A stretch of 32,000 nucleotides of DNA, taken from NCBI GenBank assembly GCA_050303655.1, contig JBNLCE010000005.1:1-32000 (forward strand). Reading direction: 5' to 3'. Both the position numbers and the translations under genes were made by a program. The stretch's first letter is position 1, and each line of letters starts with the position of its first letter. The notes under the pieces were generated by a model. That model saw only the letters and a program-made list of their open reading frames with translations. It searched no databases and had not been told where the DNA came from. Positions 7,927 to 17,296 of this stretch are shown one piece after another. This DNA is from Patescibacteria group bacterium (GTDB lineage Bacteria > Patescibacteriota > Patescibacteriia > 2-12-FULL-60-25).

Positions 7927-10104
7927 TTATGACGAATAGTCCCGAATCAATTTTTCGATGAGCTCGGGAAGCGTTGTTGTGGTGCGCCATCCAAACTTCA
8001 TCTCTGCGCGATCCACGGCCGCACGGCTCACCGGCACATCCCATGGCCGCCCCTCCGACGGCTCCACACGCGGTTCAATGTGACGCTTATCGAGCCGCTC
8101 CTGCATGTGCTGCACAAACTCAATCAGCGATGTTGAAACACCGGTTCCAATATTCATAATCTCTCCGGCGCCGCGGAAGTTGTGTGTCGACATCATCGCA
8201 TCCACCACATCATCCACGTGGATAAAATCACGTTCAAAATCCGGGTTGGAAAGTGTTGGCGACGTGTCACTCATAAGCGCGCGGTACACAGCCGGCCCAA
8301 GACGATTCTCACCTTCACTTCCTCCGCACACGCTGAAGAATCGGAAGACGGTCAACGGACGTCCGGTGCGCTTTGCCCACTCCTGCGCCGCGCGCGTTGA
8401 CGCAAGCTTGGACTTTCCATACGGCGAATTCGGGTTGCACGGATCATTCTCGCGCATGGTTCCGCCGCTTGTCACGCCATATTCCGTCCAGCTCCCCGCA
8501 ACCACAACCGGGCACTCCGGAAGAGCCTCCAGGGCTGCGAGCAGATTCATCGTTCCTTCGGCGTTGGATTTGATTAATTCATCAACCGTTGTGTTGCGAT
8601 CGGGTCGCACGCCCGCCGCCGCAAGATGGAATACCGCATCAAACTCAAAGCCACGGAATGCACCCTGTACCTCTTCCGCATTCGCCAGATTCACACGAAA
8701 CGCACGAAGCCCGCGCGCAGACCGCGACAATGGATACACAATCGCTCCCTCGCCGTTTAAGCGCTCCACCAGACGAGAACCGATTGTTCCCGTTGCCCCT
8801 GTCACAAGTACGCGCTTCCCGCTCCACGGCTTCGCCGGAGCCACAGCATCTTTTGTTGATGGGACGGCGACCGAAGCTCCTGTCTTTTTTGTGTTCAAAA
8901 ATTCAGCAAATGCCGCCTTCATCCGCTCCACATCTTCGTTGGACAATCCCTGATGACACCCAACGAGCACTGAGCCACGCATCACCTGATCGGCATTGGG
9001 GTACCCCTCCGGAAGCACGCGAGACGCTCGGTCGCGGAACGCCGGCTGACGAAGAACGTTGCCCGTAAAGATCGGTCGCGTTTGAATACCGCGATCTTCC
9101 AAGAACCGAACAAGATCCATGCGATGGAACGGCGCGTCATCACGCACAACCAACGGAAACGCCAGCCACACATGTTCGGCGTTTGGATTTGATTTTGGGA
9201 GGACAAAAAAGGACTCGTATTGCTTAAAAAAGGCGAGCAGTTCGTTGAAATGACGCTGTCGCGTGTCATAAAAACCCTTAAACCGATCGAGCTGCGCGAG
9301 ACCAAACGCTGCGGAAATATCTGTCGCTTGAAAATTGTAACCAACCTCACCGAAGACAAACTTCCGGTCGTACGGAATCCCGTCGATATTCGCGTCAAAA
9401 CGATGGTTCGCGGTTTCACTTTCATCCACCGCTGATGACCGACCCCATCCGGCCAACACTCGCGCGCGCTGATACCACGCGTCATCATTCACACATACCA
9501 TGCCGCCGTTTCCGGCTGCCGTAATAATGTGCGAGGCATAAAAACTGGTTGTTGAAATGTGCGTATATGCTCCGGTCGGTTTTCCGTAGAGCGTGGCACC
9601 AAGCGTGTCGCAGGAATCCTCAACCAACCATAACCCGTGCGCATCTGCGATCTCTGAAAGTGCGCGGTAATCCGGAATGTTTCCCATGAGAGACGGAACC
9701 ATAATCGCCTTTGTGTTTGGCGTAATCAGCCGCTCAATCTGCGAAATGTCGATCTGATAATCGCCCGGCACAATATCCGTAAACGCAGGCACAAGCCCCT
9801 TTTGCAGAATTGGAGCCACCGTCGTACCAAATGTGAGCGCCGGAGTAATCACCTCGCTGCCTGCGGGCAAATCCAAAAGCTCAAACGCAAGCAAGTTGGC
9901 CGAGCTCCCGGAGTTCACGAATACACCCTTCTTTTTTCCGAAAAGCTCCGCGATCCGCGCTTCAAAGACACGTGCCTTCTCCCCATGACAAATCATGGGT
10001 GTTTTAAGTACATCTGCCACGGCGTTCCGCTCCTCATCGCCGAAGACGGCGAGAGCATACGGGATCCGAGGATGTCCTGCCGAATCCTTCCTAAACAATT
10101 TCAT
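7927..10104 (-). CDS. Fusion protein: DegT/RfbH/ColD-type sugar 3-dehydrase-like domain + extended-SDR epimerase/reductase domain
   Basis: The start is moved to the ATG at 10104 (GGAGG upstream; the track's 46-aa extension overlaps the upstream gene). The N-terminal domain has SFYASHIIT (His at codon 9529-9531 where aminotransferases have the PLP Lys) and the RfbH-like WGR...HRF...GYN..TD..AA.GLAQL. The C-terminal domain (about 7930-8820) has VTGATGTIGSRL and PYGKSK (YxxxK). Confidence 0.85.
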   Translation of the reverse strand: MKLFRKDSAGHPRIPYALAVFGDEERNAVADVLKTPMICHGEKARVFEARIAELFGKKKGVFVNSGSSANLLAFELLDLPAGSEVITPALTFGTTVAPILQKGLVPAFTDIVPGDYQIDISQIERLITPNTKAIMVPSLMGNIPDYRALSEIADAHGLWLVEDSCDTLGATLYGKPTGAYTHISTTSFYASHIITAAGNGGMVCVNDDAWYQRARVLAGWGRSSAVDESETANHRFDANIDGIPYDRKFVFGEVGYNFQATDISAAFGLAQLDRFKGFYDTRQRHFNELLAFFKQYESFFVLPKSNPNAEHVWLAFPLVVRDDAPFHRMDLVRFLEDRGIQTRPIFTGNVLRQPAFRDRASRVLPEGYPNADQVMRGSVLVGCHQGLSNEDVERMKAAFAEFLNTKKTGASVAVPSTKDAVAPAKPWSGKRVLVTGATGTIGSRLVERLNGEGAIVYPLSRSARGLRAFRVNLANAEEVQGAFRGFEFDAVFHLAAAGVRPDRNTTVDELIKSNAEGTMNLLAALEALPECPVVVAGSWTEYGVTSGGTMRENDPCNPNSPYGKSKLASTRAAQEWAKRTGRPLTVFRFFSVCGGSEGENRLGPAVYRALMSDTSPTLSNPDFERDFIHVDDVVDAMMSTHNFRGAGEIMNIGTGVSTSLIEFVQHMQERLDKRHIEPRVEPSEGRPWDVPVSRAAVDRAEMKFGWRTTTTLPELIEKLIRDYSS

Positions 10105-10142
10105 AGTGATGTTGAGTCCTCCTTTTTTTGCACCCTGACCTC

Positions 10143-11144
10143 CTAATCCCGAATCGGGATGTTCGGATTCCGTGCAAAGAAATCCGTATACCACGCCACA
10201 ACCCGTGGCAACCCCTCCTCCATCGTCACCTTCGGCTCCCAACCAAGCATTCGCTTAATTTTCTCGGCCGAAAGATACTGCACGAGAATCTCGCGCTGCT
10301 CCCCATTCTTCCGAATCGGTTCCATATCCGGACGACCCATAGCATGCGCGATACGACGCAATACGTCGTACGTAGAAATTGGCTTCTCCCATCCAAGATT
10401 AAACGCTTCACCCGTGAGTCCGTGGTCCAGCCGCTCCGCAATCATCCGAAACGCCGCAACCGCGTCCTCAACGTACACGTAGTCGCGAATGGAGTCGTGT
10501 AACAACTCCGGCTGCAAACCATTCAGGATCCGATGGATCGTACGTGGGAAGATGCGCGTAAAGTGCGAGTCTCCTCCGCCATAGAAGTTACCGGAGCGCA
10601 CAATGGCGATCGGCATCCCATACGTCCGCGCGTACATTTGGCTGATCAAATCGGTACAGCTCTTGGAGACCTCGTATGGAAATTCCCCCTGAAGTGCAGC
10701 GTCTTCTTTATACGGCATGACTTCCTGCGTTCCGTACGCTTTGTCGGAGGATGCCACAACGATATGAATCGATGGATCAATACGACGCGCAGCCTCAAGA
10801 ACATTGATTGACCCAACGATGTTTGCTTCCAAAGTCCCCATGGGGTCCTCAAGCGCGGTCTTGCAGATAGGCTGTGCACCAAGATGAAAAATCGTTTGAA
10901 TTTTGTGGTCGCGCAAAATCCGCTCAATCGACTTGTTGTGCACGATGTCGCCGTAAATCACACGGCATGATTTTTCCAAACCCTCTGTTTCAAACACGGA
11001 AAATGGATTGCGTTGGTAAATCAGCGCGGTCAAATCCGCCCCGCGGCTAATCAAGTCTTTCGACACCCAACCGGCCAAAAAGCCGTTTGCGCCCGTAATC
11101 AACACCCGTCGTCCTTGCCAGTAATTTTCCATACCATTATTCAC
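10143..11144 (-). CDS. NDP-hexose 4,6-dehydratase (CDP-glucose 4,6-dehydratase-like extended SDR)
   Basis: N-terminus YWQGRRVLITGANGFLAGW (RfbG-like W-x-GK-x-V-x-TG), SSDKAYG, and YEVSK (YxxxK). Confidence 0.8.
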   Translation of the reverse strand: MNNGMENYWQGRRVLITGANGFLAGWVSKDLISRGADLTALIYQRNPFSVFETEGLEKSCRVIYGDIVHNKSIERILRDHKIQTIFHLGAQPICKTALEDPMGTLEANIVGSINVLEAARRIDPSIHIVVASSDKAYGTQEVMPYKEDAALQGEFPYEVSKSCTDLISQMYARTYGMPIAIVRSGNFYGGGDSHFTRIFPRTIHRILNGLQPELLHDSIRDYVYVEDAVAAFRMIAERLDHGLTGEAFNLGWEKPISTYDVLRRIAHAMGRPDMEPIRKNGEQREILVQYLSAEKIKRMLGWEPKVTMEEGLPRVVAWYTDFFARNPNIPIRD

Positions 11145-11814
11145 GCCAGTATTTGTACATGTTCTTCAAGAATTCAAAAATGGTTGCCACGCGCACCTGG
11201 GACGATCCATGTTCCCGCGCCGCGGTGCGGATCTCCACTTCGCCCATGGGCACGTTGAGACGCGAGGCCTTGATAACGATCTCCGGATCAATGAACCAGT
11301 CACGCGAATTGATATTCGCCCGCGTAAAGAAATCGCGTGTAAACAGCTTCGGGCTTCCGTTGATATCGCGCAACTTCACACCAAACATGGTTCGGAAAAG
11401 CGTGTTATACCCCTTGCTGATCACCCAGCGATACGCGCCATCATGCCGATCCAAACGCGTGGCCTTGCACACATCAAGGCCGTCATTCCGCAGACGCTCG
11501 TAAATGCGTACCACGTCCATCGGATCCATCTGATTATCCGCGTGCAGATACCCCATCACCCGACCGACGGCGTTGTCAAAACCGGCGTGTAGGGCATTTC
11601 CAAAACCTTTTCGCGTTTCAAGAATGGGACGCAGGCGCGGATACGATGGAGCGAGCTCGTTCAACACCTGCTCCGTGTGGTCGGTAGAGGCGTTATTCAC
11701 CACCAAAATCTCGTACGGAACGCCAACACCCGAAAGAATACGATCCACCCTGGGGACCAATGTTCGGAGGTTCTCGGCCTCGTTATAGGCGGGAATGACA
11801 ATGCTGAGTTCCAT
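11137..11814 (-). CDS. GT2 polyprenyl-phosphate glycosyltransferase (DPM1/ArnC-like)
   Basis: LSIVIPAYNEAENL N-terminus, soluble, ~225 aa, no TM domain. The stop overlaps the downstream start by 8 nt. Confidence 0.88.
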   Translation of the reverse strand: MELSIVIPAYNEAENLRTLVPRVDRILSGVGVPYEILVVNNASTDHTEQVLNELAPSYPRLRPILETRKGFGNALHAGFDNAVGRVMGYLHADNQMDPMDVVRIYERLRNDGLDVCKATRLDRHDGAYRWVISKGYNTLFRTMFGVKLRDINGSPKLFTRDFFTRANINSRDWFIDPEIVIKASRLNVPMGEVEIRTAAREHGSSQVRVATIFEFLKNMYKYWRE

Positions 11815-11893
11815 AGGTAATCTGGCACCTGATGTTCGCGTGGGATATTATCGTTAGAACCTCATATCGTAAAGCCTTTTGGCACTTTTCCGC

Positions 11894-13243
11894 ATGATAG
11901 CCAACGCTCCACGCTCCACGCTCCACGTTTCAAGATACTTGAAAACACCCATTTTTCTTATCTTTTTGCTCGGTCTCATGCTCCGACTCGGCTCATTAAG
12001 CGTCAATTTTGACAAAATGAGCTGGAAAAATGATTGGCGCATGTCCGTACCCGCCGTCCGAATCCTTGAGGGAAAAGGATTGAGCCTCACAGATGAAACC
12101 GGGCCCAGCGCCTATCGGCCTCCGCTCTACATCCTGTGGCTCTCAGGCGCGTATGCCATCTTCGGAGATTTTGCGGAATTCGGTCCGAGCCTCCTCCAAA
12201 TTCTCGTGAGTAGCGGAAACGTCTTGCTCATCTACCTTCTTGCAAAAGAAATCTGGAAGCGCGAAGACGCCGCGCTCTCCGCCGCACTTCTCCTTGCCAT
12301 TCACCCATACGTCGTGTGGCACGATGCCGCGCTGTACCACACCTTTTTAAGCACCGCACTTCTCCTTGCTGGCAGCCTGTTCCTCGTTCGCGGCTTTGAT
12401 TCCAAAAAACCAAAACCTCTTTTTGCGAGCGGGCTCTTTTTTGGACTTTGTATTTTAATCATGAGCGTCATCGTTCCATGGCTCGCGCTTGCGATCGTGG
12501 CAGGTATTACGCTGTGGAAAATCCCGGTCACACGTCGCCTGATGCTTACTGGATCATTCGCCGCCGGGATTCTTCTTGCATGGAGTCCGTGGATCATCCG
12601 AAACGCCGTCGTCTTCCATGAATTCGTTCCCCTCACCACCGAAGCCGGTGTGACGCTCTGGATGGGCAACAACCCGCAGGCGGAAGAGCTACTCAAGCTC
12701 CGCCAGCACGAAGCCGCCCCCGTTCCACAAGGAACCGCGTTTAACTTGCCCAGCGCGTACGAAGGATGCGTGCCGGACGATTGGTGCGTCGGCGGGATCA
12801 AAGAGACCGATGAAAATCGCGCGCTCAAAGACATGGCGATGGGATGGATCAAAGAGAACCCATGGAGATTTGTTCGCCTCACCGCGTGGAGATACGGGGG
12901 TATTTGGTCGCCGTTCCTCACGCCGTCAAAATCATTCTTTGGAAACCAAACCCTCAATGCACTTGCGAACTACGGATATGCACTGTGGAACATCGGGCTC
13001 TTCGTGCTCTTCATCCTCGGCTTCCGTGAGGCATGGAAATCAAAACGTGATCGCTCCATTACGATCCTGCTCACCCTCCTCGCACTTTCCGCCACCGGCG
13101 CATACGCACTCTTCCTCTACTTCACTAAATACCGCATTCCATTTGAGAGCGTTCTCCTCGCCATTTGCGGCGCAGGACTCGCAAACATCATCGCAAAGCA
13201 GATAAAAAAAGACCCGCGCAAGAAGTCGCAGGCCCATGAATGA
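11894..13243 (+). CDS. GT-C fold glycosyltransferase (PMT_2/ArnT-like, family 39/83-like)
   Basis: At least 10 TM helices with an ArnT/PMT-like layout. Start taken at the ATG at 11894 (the track start at 11879 is TTG). It is divergent from the GT2 gene. Confidence 0.8.
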   Translation: MIANAPRSTLHVSRYLKTPIFLIFLLGLMLRLGSLSVNFDKMSWKNDWRMSVPAVRILEGKGLSLTDETGPSAYRPPLYILWLSGAYAIFGDFAEFGPSLLQILVSSGNVLLIYLLAKEIWKREDAALSAALLLAIHPYVVWHDAALYHTFLSTALLLAGSLFLVRGFDSKKPKPLFASGLFFGLCILIMSVIVPWLALAIVAGITLWKIPVTRRLMLTGSFAAGILLAWSPWIIRNAVVFHEFVPLTTEAGVTLWMGNNPQAEELLKLRQHEAAPVPQGTAFNLPSAYEGCVPDDWCVGGIKETDENRALKDMAMGWIKENPWRFVRLTAWRYGGIWSPFLTPSKSFFGNQTLNALANYGYALWNIGLFVLFILGFREAWKSKRDRSITILLTLLALSATGAYALFLYFTKYRIPFESVLLAICGAGLANIIAKQIKKDPRKKSQAHE

Positions 13244-13255
13244 AGACGATTATCC

Positions 13256-13552
13256 TCACTCCGGATCTTCCAGGTAGACCGTTGCAACGCCCTCCTCGTC
13301 GACCTCCATCCGACCGTACACATCGATCCACGCCTTCAGACCATTCTCATCTCCCTCAGTCGACGTTCCCGGAACACAATTGCGATCCGAGATCTGACCG
13401 TCGAAGCCCCACGACGAAAGCGGACAAAAAAACCTCTCCTTTCCGGCGTACACACGCCAGTGGCTTGGACGTCCCTCGCGAATATTGTCTGCACGTCCGG
13501 CAAACCGGTGCCACGCGGTGTCGAATGTTTTTGCCATATACATCGCAAGCAC
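13256..13552 (-). CDS. Hypothetical small protein
   Basis: ~95 aa with a balanced composition. The competing + strand ORF (13240-13893) is Pro/Arg/Ser-rich shadow. No SD and no family recognised. Confidence 0.35.
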   Translation of the reverse strand: MLAMYMAKTFDTAWHRFAGRADNIREGRPSHWRVYAGKERFFCPLSSWGFDGQISDRNCVPGTSTEGDENGLKAWIDVYGRMEVDEEGVATVYLEDPE

Positions 13553-13583
13553 AGCCTAATGCGCTCGCTACGCGAGGTCAATT

Positions 13584-14288
13584 CTACCGCAGAGGACGAT
13601 TCAAACGATACTCACCCTTTGTTCGCGTATACACACCGCCTTCACACGAGTACACAAGCGGAACCCCGTTCGGAAGATCCACAAATGAGATCTTTTCGTC
13701 ATCAAATTTCTCCAAATGCTTGATCACCGCCCGCAGTGTATTCCCGTGCGCAGACACAAGAATCTGTTCGCCCTTTTCCACGCGCGGAAAAATCTCGCTC
13801 TCAAAATACGGGAGAACACGATTAAACACATCCTCTAAGCTCTCCCCACCCGGCGGGCGATCACGAAATCCCCGCCGCCACTTATACGTCTGATCTTTTC
13901 CGTGTTTTTTGACGACGTCATCCTTATTCTCTCCTTGCAACTCGCCGTACGCACGTTCATTCAATGCTTCATGCGAAAAAATGGGGAGCGTTTCATTTAC
14001 AAACCACTTTGGAAGATGATCGAGGTGGTTGTACCGCTCATCATCACCGTGGTCAAAAATACCGATCTTATGCTGGCTGGAAAGGATAATCAGAAGCGTT
14101 TCATGAGCGCGCTCTAGATTCGATGTAAACGCTGCGTCATAATCGAACACTTCGCAATACTCCCCAGCCTTTTGAGCTTCGCGGACTCCATTTTCGCTAA
14201 GAGGGACATCAATCCATCCCGTAAAACGGTTTAGGAGGTTCATCCGAGATTCTCCGTGACGAACCAACACAAGTGCGCCTTTTTTCAT
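13584..14288 (-). CDS. gpmA: 2,3-bisphosphoglycerate-dependent phosphoglycerate mutase
   Basis: LVRHGESRMNLLNRFTGW (RHGE motif), and a histidine phosphatase fold with SAHGNTLRA. Start moved to the ATG at 14288 (MKKGALVLVRHGES). Confidence 0.9.
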   Translation of the reverse strand: MKKGALVLVRHGESRMNLLNRFTGWIDVPLSENGVREAQKAGEYCEVFDYDAAFTSNLERAHETLLIILSSQHKIGIFDHGDDERYNHLDHLPKWFVNETLPIFSHEALNERAYGELQGENKDDVVKKHGKDQTYKWRRGFRDRPPGGESLEDVFNRVLPYFESEIFPRVEKGEQILVSAHGNTLRAVIKHLEKFDDEKISFVDLPNGVPLVYSCEGGVYTRTKGEYRLNRPLR

Positions 14289-14349
14289 AAAATGAGTATA
14301 TCGGTGCCGCATCAAACAAAAAAGCCTGCGCCTTCAGCTGCCATTGAAA

Positions 14350-15522
14350 TCAATGCGCGTGGGCATGCCCATCATCCCCTTTAGCCGCACGTGGATACTT
14401 CGTGTACACCCACGTGGCGATGAGCGTGGAGATAGGAACGGCAAGAACAAGCGCCGTACTGCCAATGAGCGTCCGCACAACCTCCTCCGCCACCACCTCA
14501 CCATTTAGAACCACCCAAAACGGCATACGCGACTCATTGATGGAAAAGGCTAAAAGTAAGGGCAACGACGCACCCGCATACGCAAGTGCGAGCGTATTCA
14601 CCAGAGAAACGATGTGCTCCTTTCCGATCAGCGCCGCCTCGCGATATAACTCGATGAACGTATGCTTCCCTTTTTTCGCTAAAGACCGCACCGCTGCCGT
14701 TTGCGTGGTCGTCACATCGTCGAGCACACCCAGTACACCAATCACAATCCCGGCCAGCAAAAGCCCGCGTAAATCAATGTCCCCACGTCCGGAAAACTGA
14801 AGATAAAACGCCTCTTCGGTGCCACGCCCAAGCAAATGCGAGGCACGAACGAATAGTTCAGAAAGCCCAAGCGAAAGCACCAGCGTCACAAGCGTACTTC
14901 CAAGCGCAATTCCGGTCTGTTTATTAAACCCATGTGCCACAGTCAGCGAAACAATGGCGATAACGAAGACGGACACGGTCGCCACAAAAAATGGCTCACT
15001 CCCGCCAACAATTGCCGGAACCGTGTATTTCAAGAGGACGACAAGGCTGAAGGCAAGACCCAGGATCGATGTTACGCCTCGCTTTCCCGCAAAAATAATC
15101 GCACCTGCAAAGAAGATAAGAAGGAGAATCGCGAGCGCCGGAATGCGGTAGATGTCGGTCACAATGTAACGAACCTCGCCGGGAAACGCCTCGCTGCGGA
15201 CGACCGCGACCTTATCTCCAACCTTCAAATCATCCGCGTCTGAGCCGGCTTTTTCGCTCCATTCGGCATCCACGGTCCATCCGGACGTATCACCTTTAAT
15301 CTCCACCCGAACCTGCCGGATCGCCTCTTCAGGAAACAATTCATCGACTTGCAGCTCGCCCACCGATTTCACCACGCCCTTGTAATACGTCTCCGGAGAC
15401 GGTGCCGCCACCTCATCACCCAATGCATTATCAATAACCTCCGTTTGCGCGTGGGCAAAAGGGGCGCTTATGAGACCAAATCCAGCGAGAGCAGCAAGCA
15501 AAAAACAGTTCAATCTTTTCAT
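14350..15522 (-). CDS. YibE/F-family membrane protein
   Basis: Signal peptide (start at the ATG at 15522, MKRLNCFLLAALAG...), an extracytoplasmic domain, then ~7 TM helices in a YibE/F-like arrangement. Confidence 0.7.
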   Translation of the reverse strand: MKRLNCFLLAALAGFGLISAPFAHAQTEVIDNALGDEVAAPSPETYYKGVVKSVGELQVDELFPEEAIRQVRVEIKGDTSGWTVDAEWSEKAGSDADDLKVGDKVAVVRSEAFPGEVRYIVTDIYRIPALAILLLIFFAGAIIFAGKRGVTSILGLAFSLVVLLKYTVPAIVGGSEPFFVATVSVFVIAIVSLTVAHGFNKQTGIALGSTLVTLVLSLGLSELFVRASHLLGRGTEEAFYLQFSGRGDIDLRGLLLAGIVIGVLGVLDDVTTTQTAAVRSLAKKGKHTFIELYREAALIGKEHIVSLVNTLALAYAGASLPLLLAFSINESRMPFWVVLNGEVVAEEVVRTLIGSTALVLAVPISTLIATWVYTKYPRAAKGDDGHAHAH

Positions 15523-15628
15523 GGTTGATAGGATACTTCCCTTGCCGCGATCCGCAAAACCTGCTACCTTCGCGCCCATCAGGCATTCCGGCTTTTCGGA
15601 ACGCGTGACGCACATTCAAAGGAGAAAA

Positions 15629-17242
15629 ATGATGCAAAACAGTCAACGAACTGCGCTGATTTCCGTCTACAACAAAGAGGGCATCGGCGACTTCGCCGGT
15701 GGGCTAATCGAACACGGCTTCCAGATCATTTCATCCGGAGGCACCGCAAAACGGCTTCGGCAGTGCGGTATTTCTGTGACGGATGTGAGGGAGATCTCGG
15801 GACTCGATCCGATTCTTAGGCACCGCGTCGTGACGCTTGTGCCTCAAATCCACGGTGGCCTCTTGGCCACATTGGACATGATGGAAGAGCTCGAAAGCCT
15901 CGGCTTTCCATGGATCGATCTGGTCTGCGTAGATCTCTATCCCCTTCAGGCGGAGATTGCGAAGCCAAAGGCAACCGAGAAGTCCGTCATCGACAAAACG
16001 GACATCGGTGGGCCAACCATGCTGAGAAGTGCGGCGAAGGGCCAACGGATCGTGATCTGCGACCCGGCGGACCGCGCGCGTGTTCTCACATGGCTCAAGG
16101 AAGGCGAACCCAACGCCGCGGAGTTCAAACGAGAGCTCGCAGCAAAGGCAGAAATGGTCTGCGCCGACTACTGCCTCGCCTCAGCGCGCTATCACGGGCA
16201 GGATCAATACGTGGGCCTACTCGGCACGCGCATCGATTCGCATCCGGTGCGATATGGAGAGAACCCTTCGTGGAACTCCACGCTCTACGCGACGAACGAT
16301 AACCACCCGCTCTCTCCGTGCAACTTCGGTCGGATTGAGGGGGCGGATCCAAGCTACGTCAATCTCACAGACCTGAACGCACTCACGGAGTACATGATCC
16401 AGATCTCCATGACGTACAGGCAAAACGTCGGACGCGTACCAAACATCGCCATCGGCGTGAAACACGGAAACGCCTGCGGAGCGGCGGCTTCAAACGATCC
16501 GTACCGCACCTTGCGGGACATGCTGGACGGCAATCCACGCGCGATCTTTGGCGCCATGGTGATGACAAACTTCGCCGTGGGCGCAAAGCACGCTGAGTCA
16601 CTTCGCCAGCACGGCATTCAGGAGGGAGCACCCGTACGGATTCTGGATGGCGTGGCCGCCCCAGCCGTTGCGCGCGATGCAATCGCAGCGCTTCGTCGTA
16701 AAGGCGGAAAGTGTCGGGTTTTCGTTAATGCGGCGCTCGCGCACATCAGGCCGGAATACGCGGTCCGTACGCGCATCCGTCCTGTGATAGGCGGTTTCCT
16801 CGTGCAAAGTGGCAAGCCGTACGTCCTGGACTTTGGAGCTCGGGGAATGGGCGGGTACGGAAAACTGGACGACCGCATGAAGTTCGACCTCTGCCTTGCG
16901 TATGCGATCGGTTCGCGGAGCACCAGCAACACCATCACGATCGTCAAGGAAGGCCAACTGATCGGCAACGGTGTGGGGCAACAAGACCGCGTCGGAGCGG
17001 CGCAACTCGCATCAAAACTCGCGCGCCAAAGTGGGCATAATACGCATGGAGCCGTCGCCTACAGCGATAGCTTTTTTCCGTTTCCTGACGGGATCCACGT
17101 TCTTGCTCATGCGGGCATCAAGGCGATCCTCACATCACGCGGTTCGATCAACGATGAAAAGGTCTTCACCGCCTGCCGTGAGCACGGCATCACTCTTGCG
17201 CACCTTCCCGACAAAGAATGTCGCGGGTTCTACGGTCACTGA
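15629..17242 (+). CDS. purH: Bifunctional AICAR transformylase / IMP cyclohydrolase
   Basis: N-terminal MGS-like domain (ALISVYNKEGI...SSGGTAK) and C-terminal AYSDSFFPFPDG...GSINDEKV...GFYGH. Start placed at the ATG at 15629 after AAAGGAG; the track's longer call overlaps yibE/F. Confidence 0.9.
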   Translation: MMQNSQRTALISVYNKEGIGDFAGGLIEHGFQIISSGGTAKRLRQCGISVTDVREISGLDPILRHRVVTLVPQIHGGLLATLDMMEELESLGFPWIDLVCVDLYPLQAEIAKPKATEKSVIDKTDIGGPTMLRSAAKGQRIVICDPADRARVLTWLKEGEPNAAEFKRELAAKAEMVCADYCLASARYHGQDQYVGLLGTRIDSHPVRYGENPSWNSTLYATNDNHPLSPCNFGRIEGADPSYVNLTDLNALTEYMIQISMTYRQNVGRVPNIAIGVKHGNACGAAASNDPYRTLRDMLDGNPRAIFGAMVMTNFAVGAKHAESLRQHGIQEGAPVRILDGVAAPAVARDAIAALRRKGGKCRVFVNAALAHIRPEYAVRTRIRPVIGGFLVQSGKPYVLDFGARGMGGYGKLDDRMKFDLCLAYAIGSRSTSNTITIVKEGQLIGNGVGQQDRVGAAQLASKLARQSGHNTHGAVAYSDSFFPFPDGIHVLAHAGIKAILTSRGSINDEKVFTACREHGITLAHLPDKECRGFYGH

Positions 17243-17258
17243 CCGCACATCACCTCCA

Positions 17259-17296
17259 AGAGGCTTCGACGGACAACCGACGAGGCCTCTTTTTTA
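17259..17296. terminator. Bidirectional terminator between purH and sortase
   Basis: AGAGGCTTCG-12 nt loop-CGAGGCCTCT followed by TTTTTT. Confidence 0.7.

Noticed and set aside
8105-8953. 282-aa plus-strand ORF (and similar ORFs at 8589-9068, 12301-12957, 13240-13893, 17906-18556, 20530-20937, 26162-26710)
   Set aside because: They are antisense shadows of well-supported genes (dehydrase-SDR, GT-C, gpmA, surface protein, nrdD). Their composition is Pro/Arg/Ser-rich.
10105-10242. N-terminal extensions offered by the track (here, and at 14289-14315, 15523-15615, 15470-15628, 20965-21036 and 21777-21989)
   Set aside because: The extensions overlap neighbouring genes or intergenic repeats, have odd composition, and precede internal ATGs that have SDs or signal peptides matching family N-termini.
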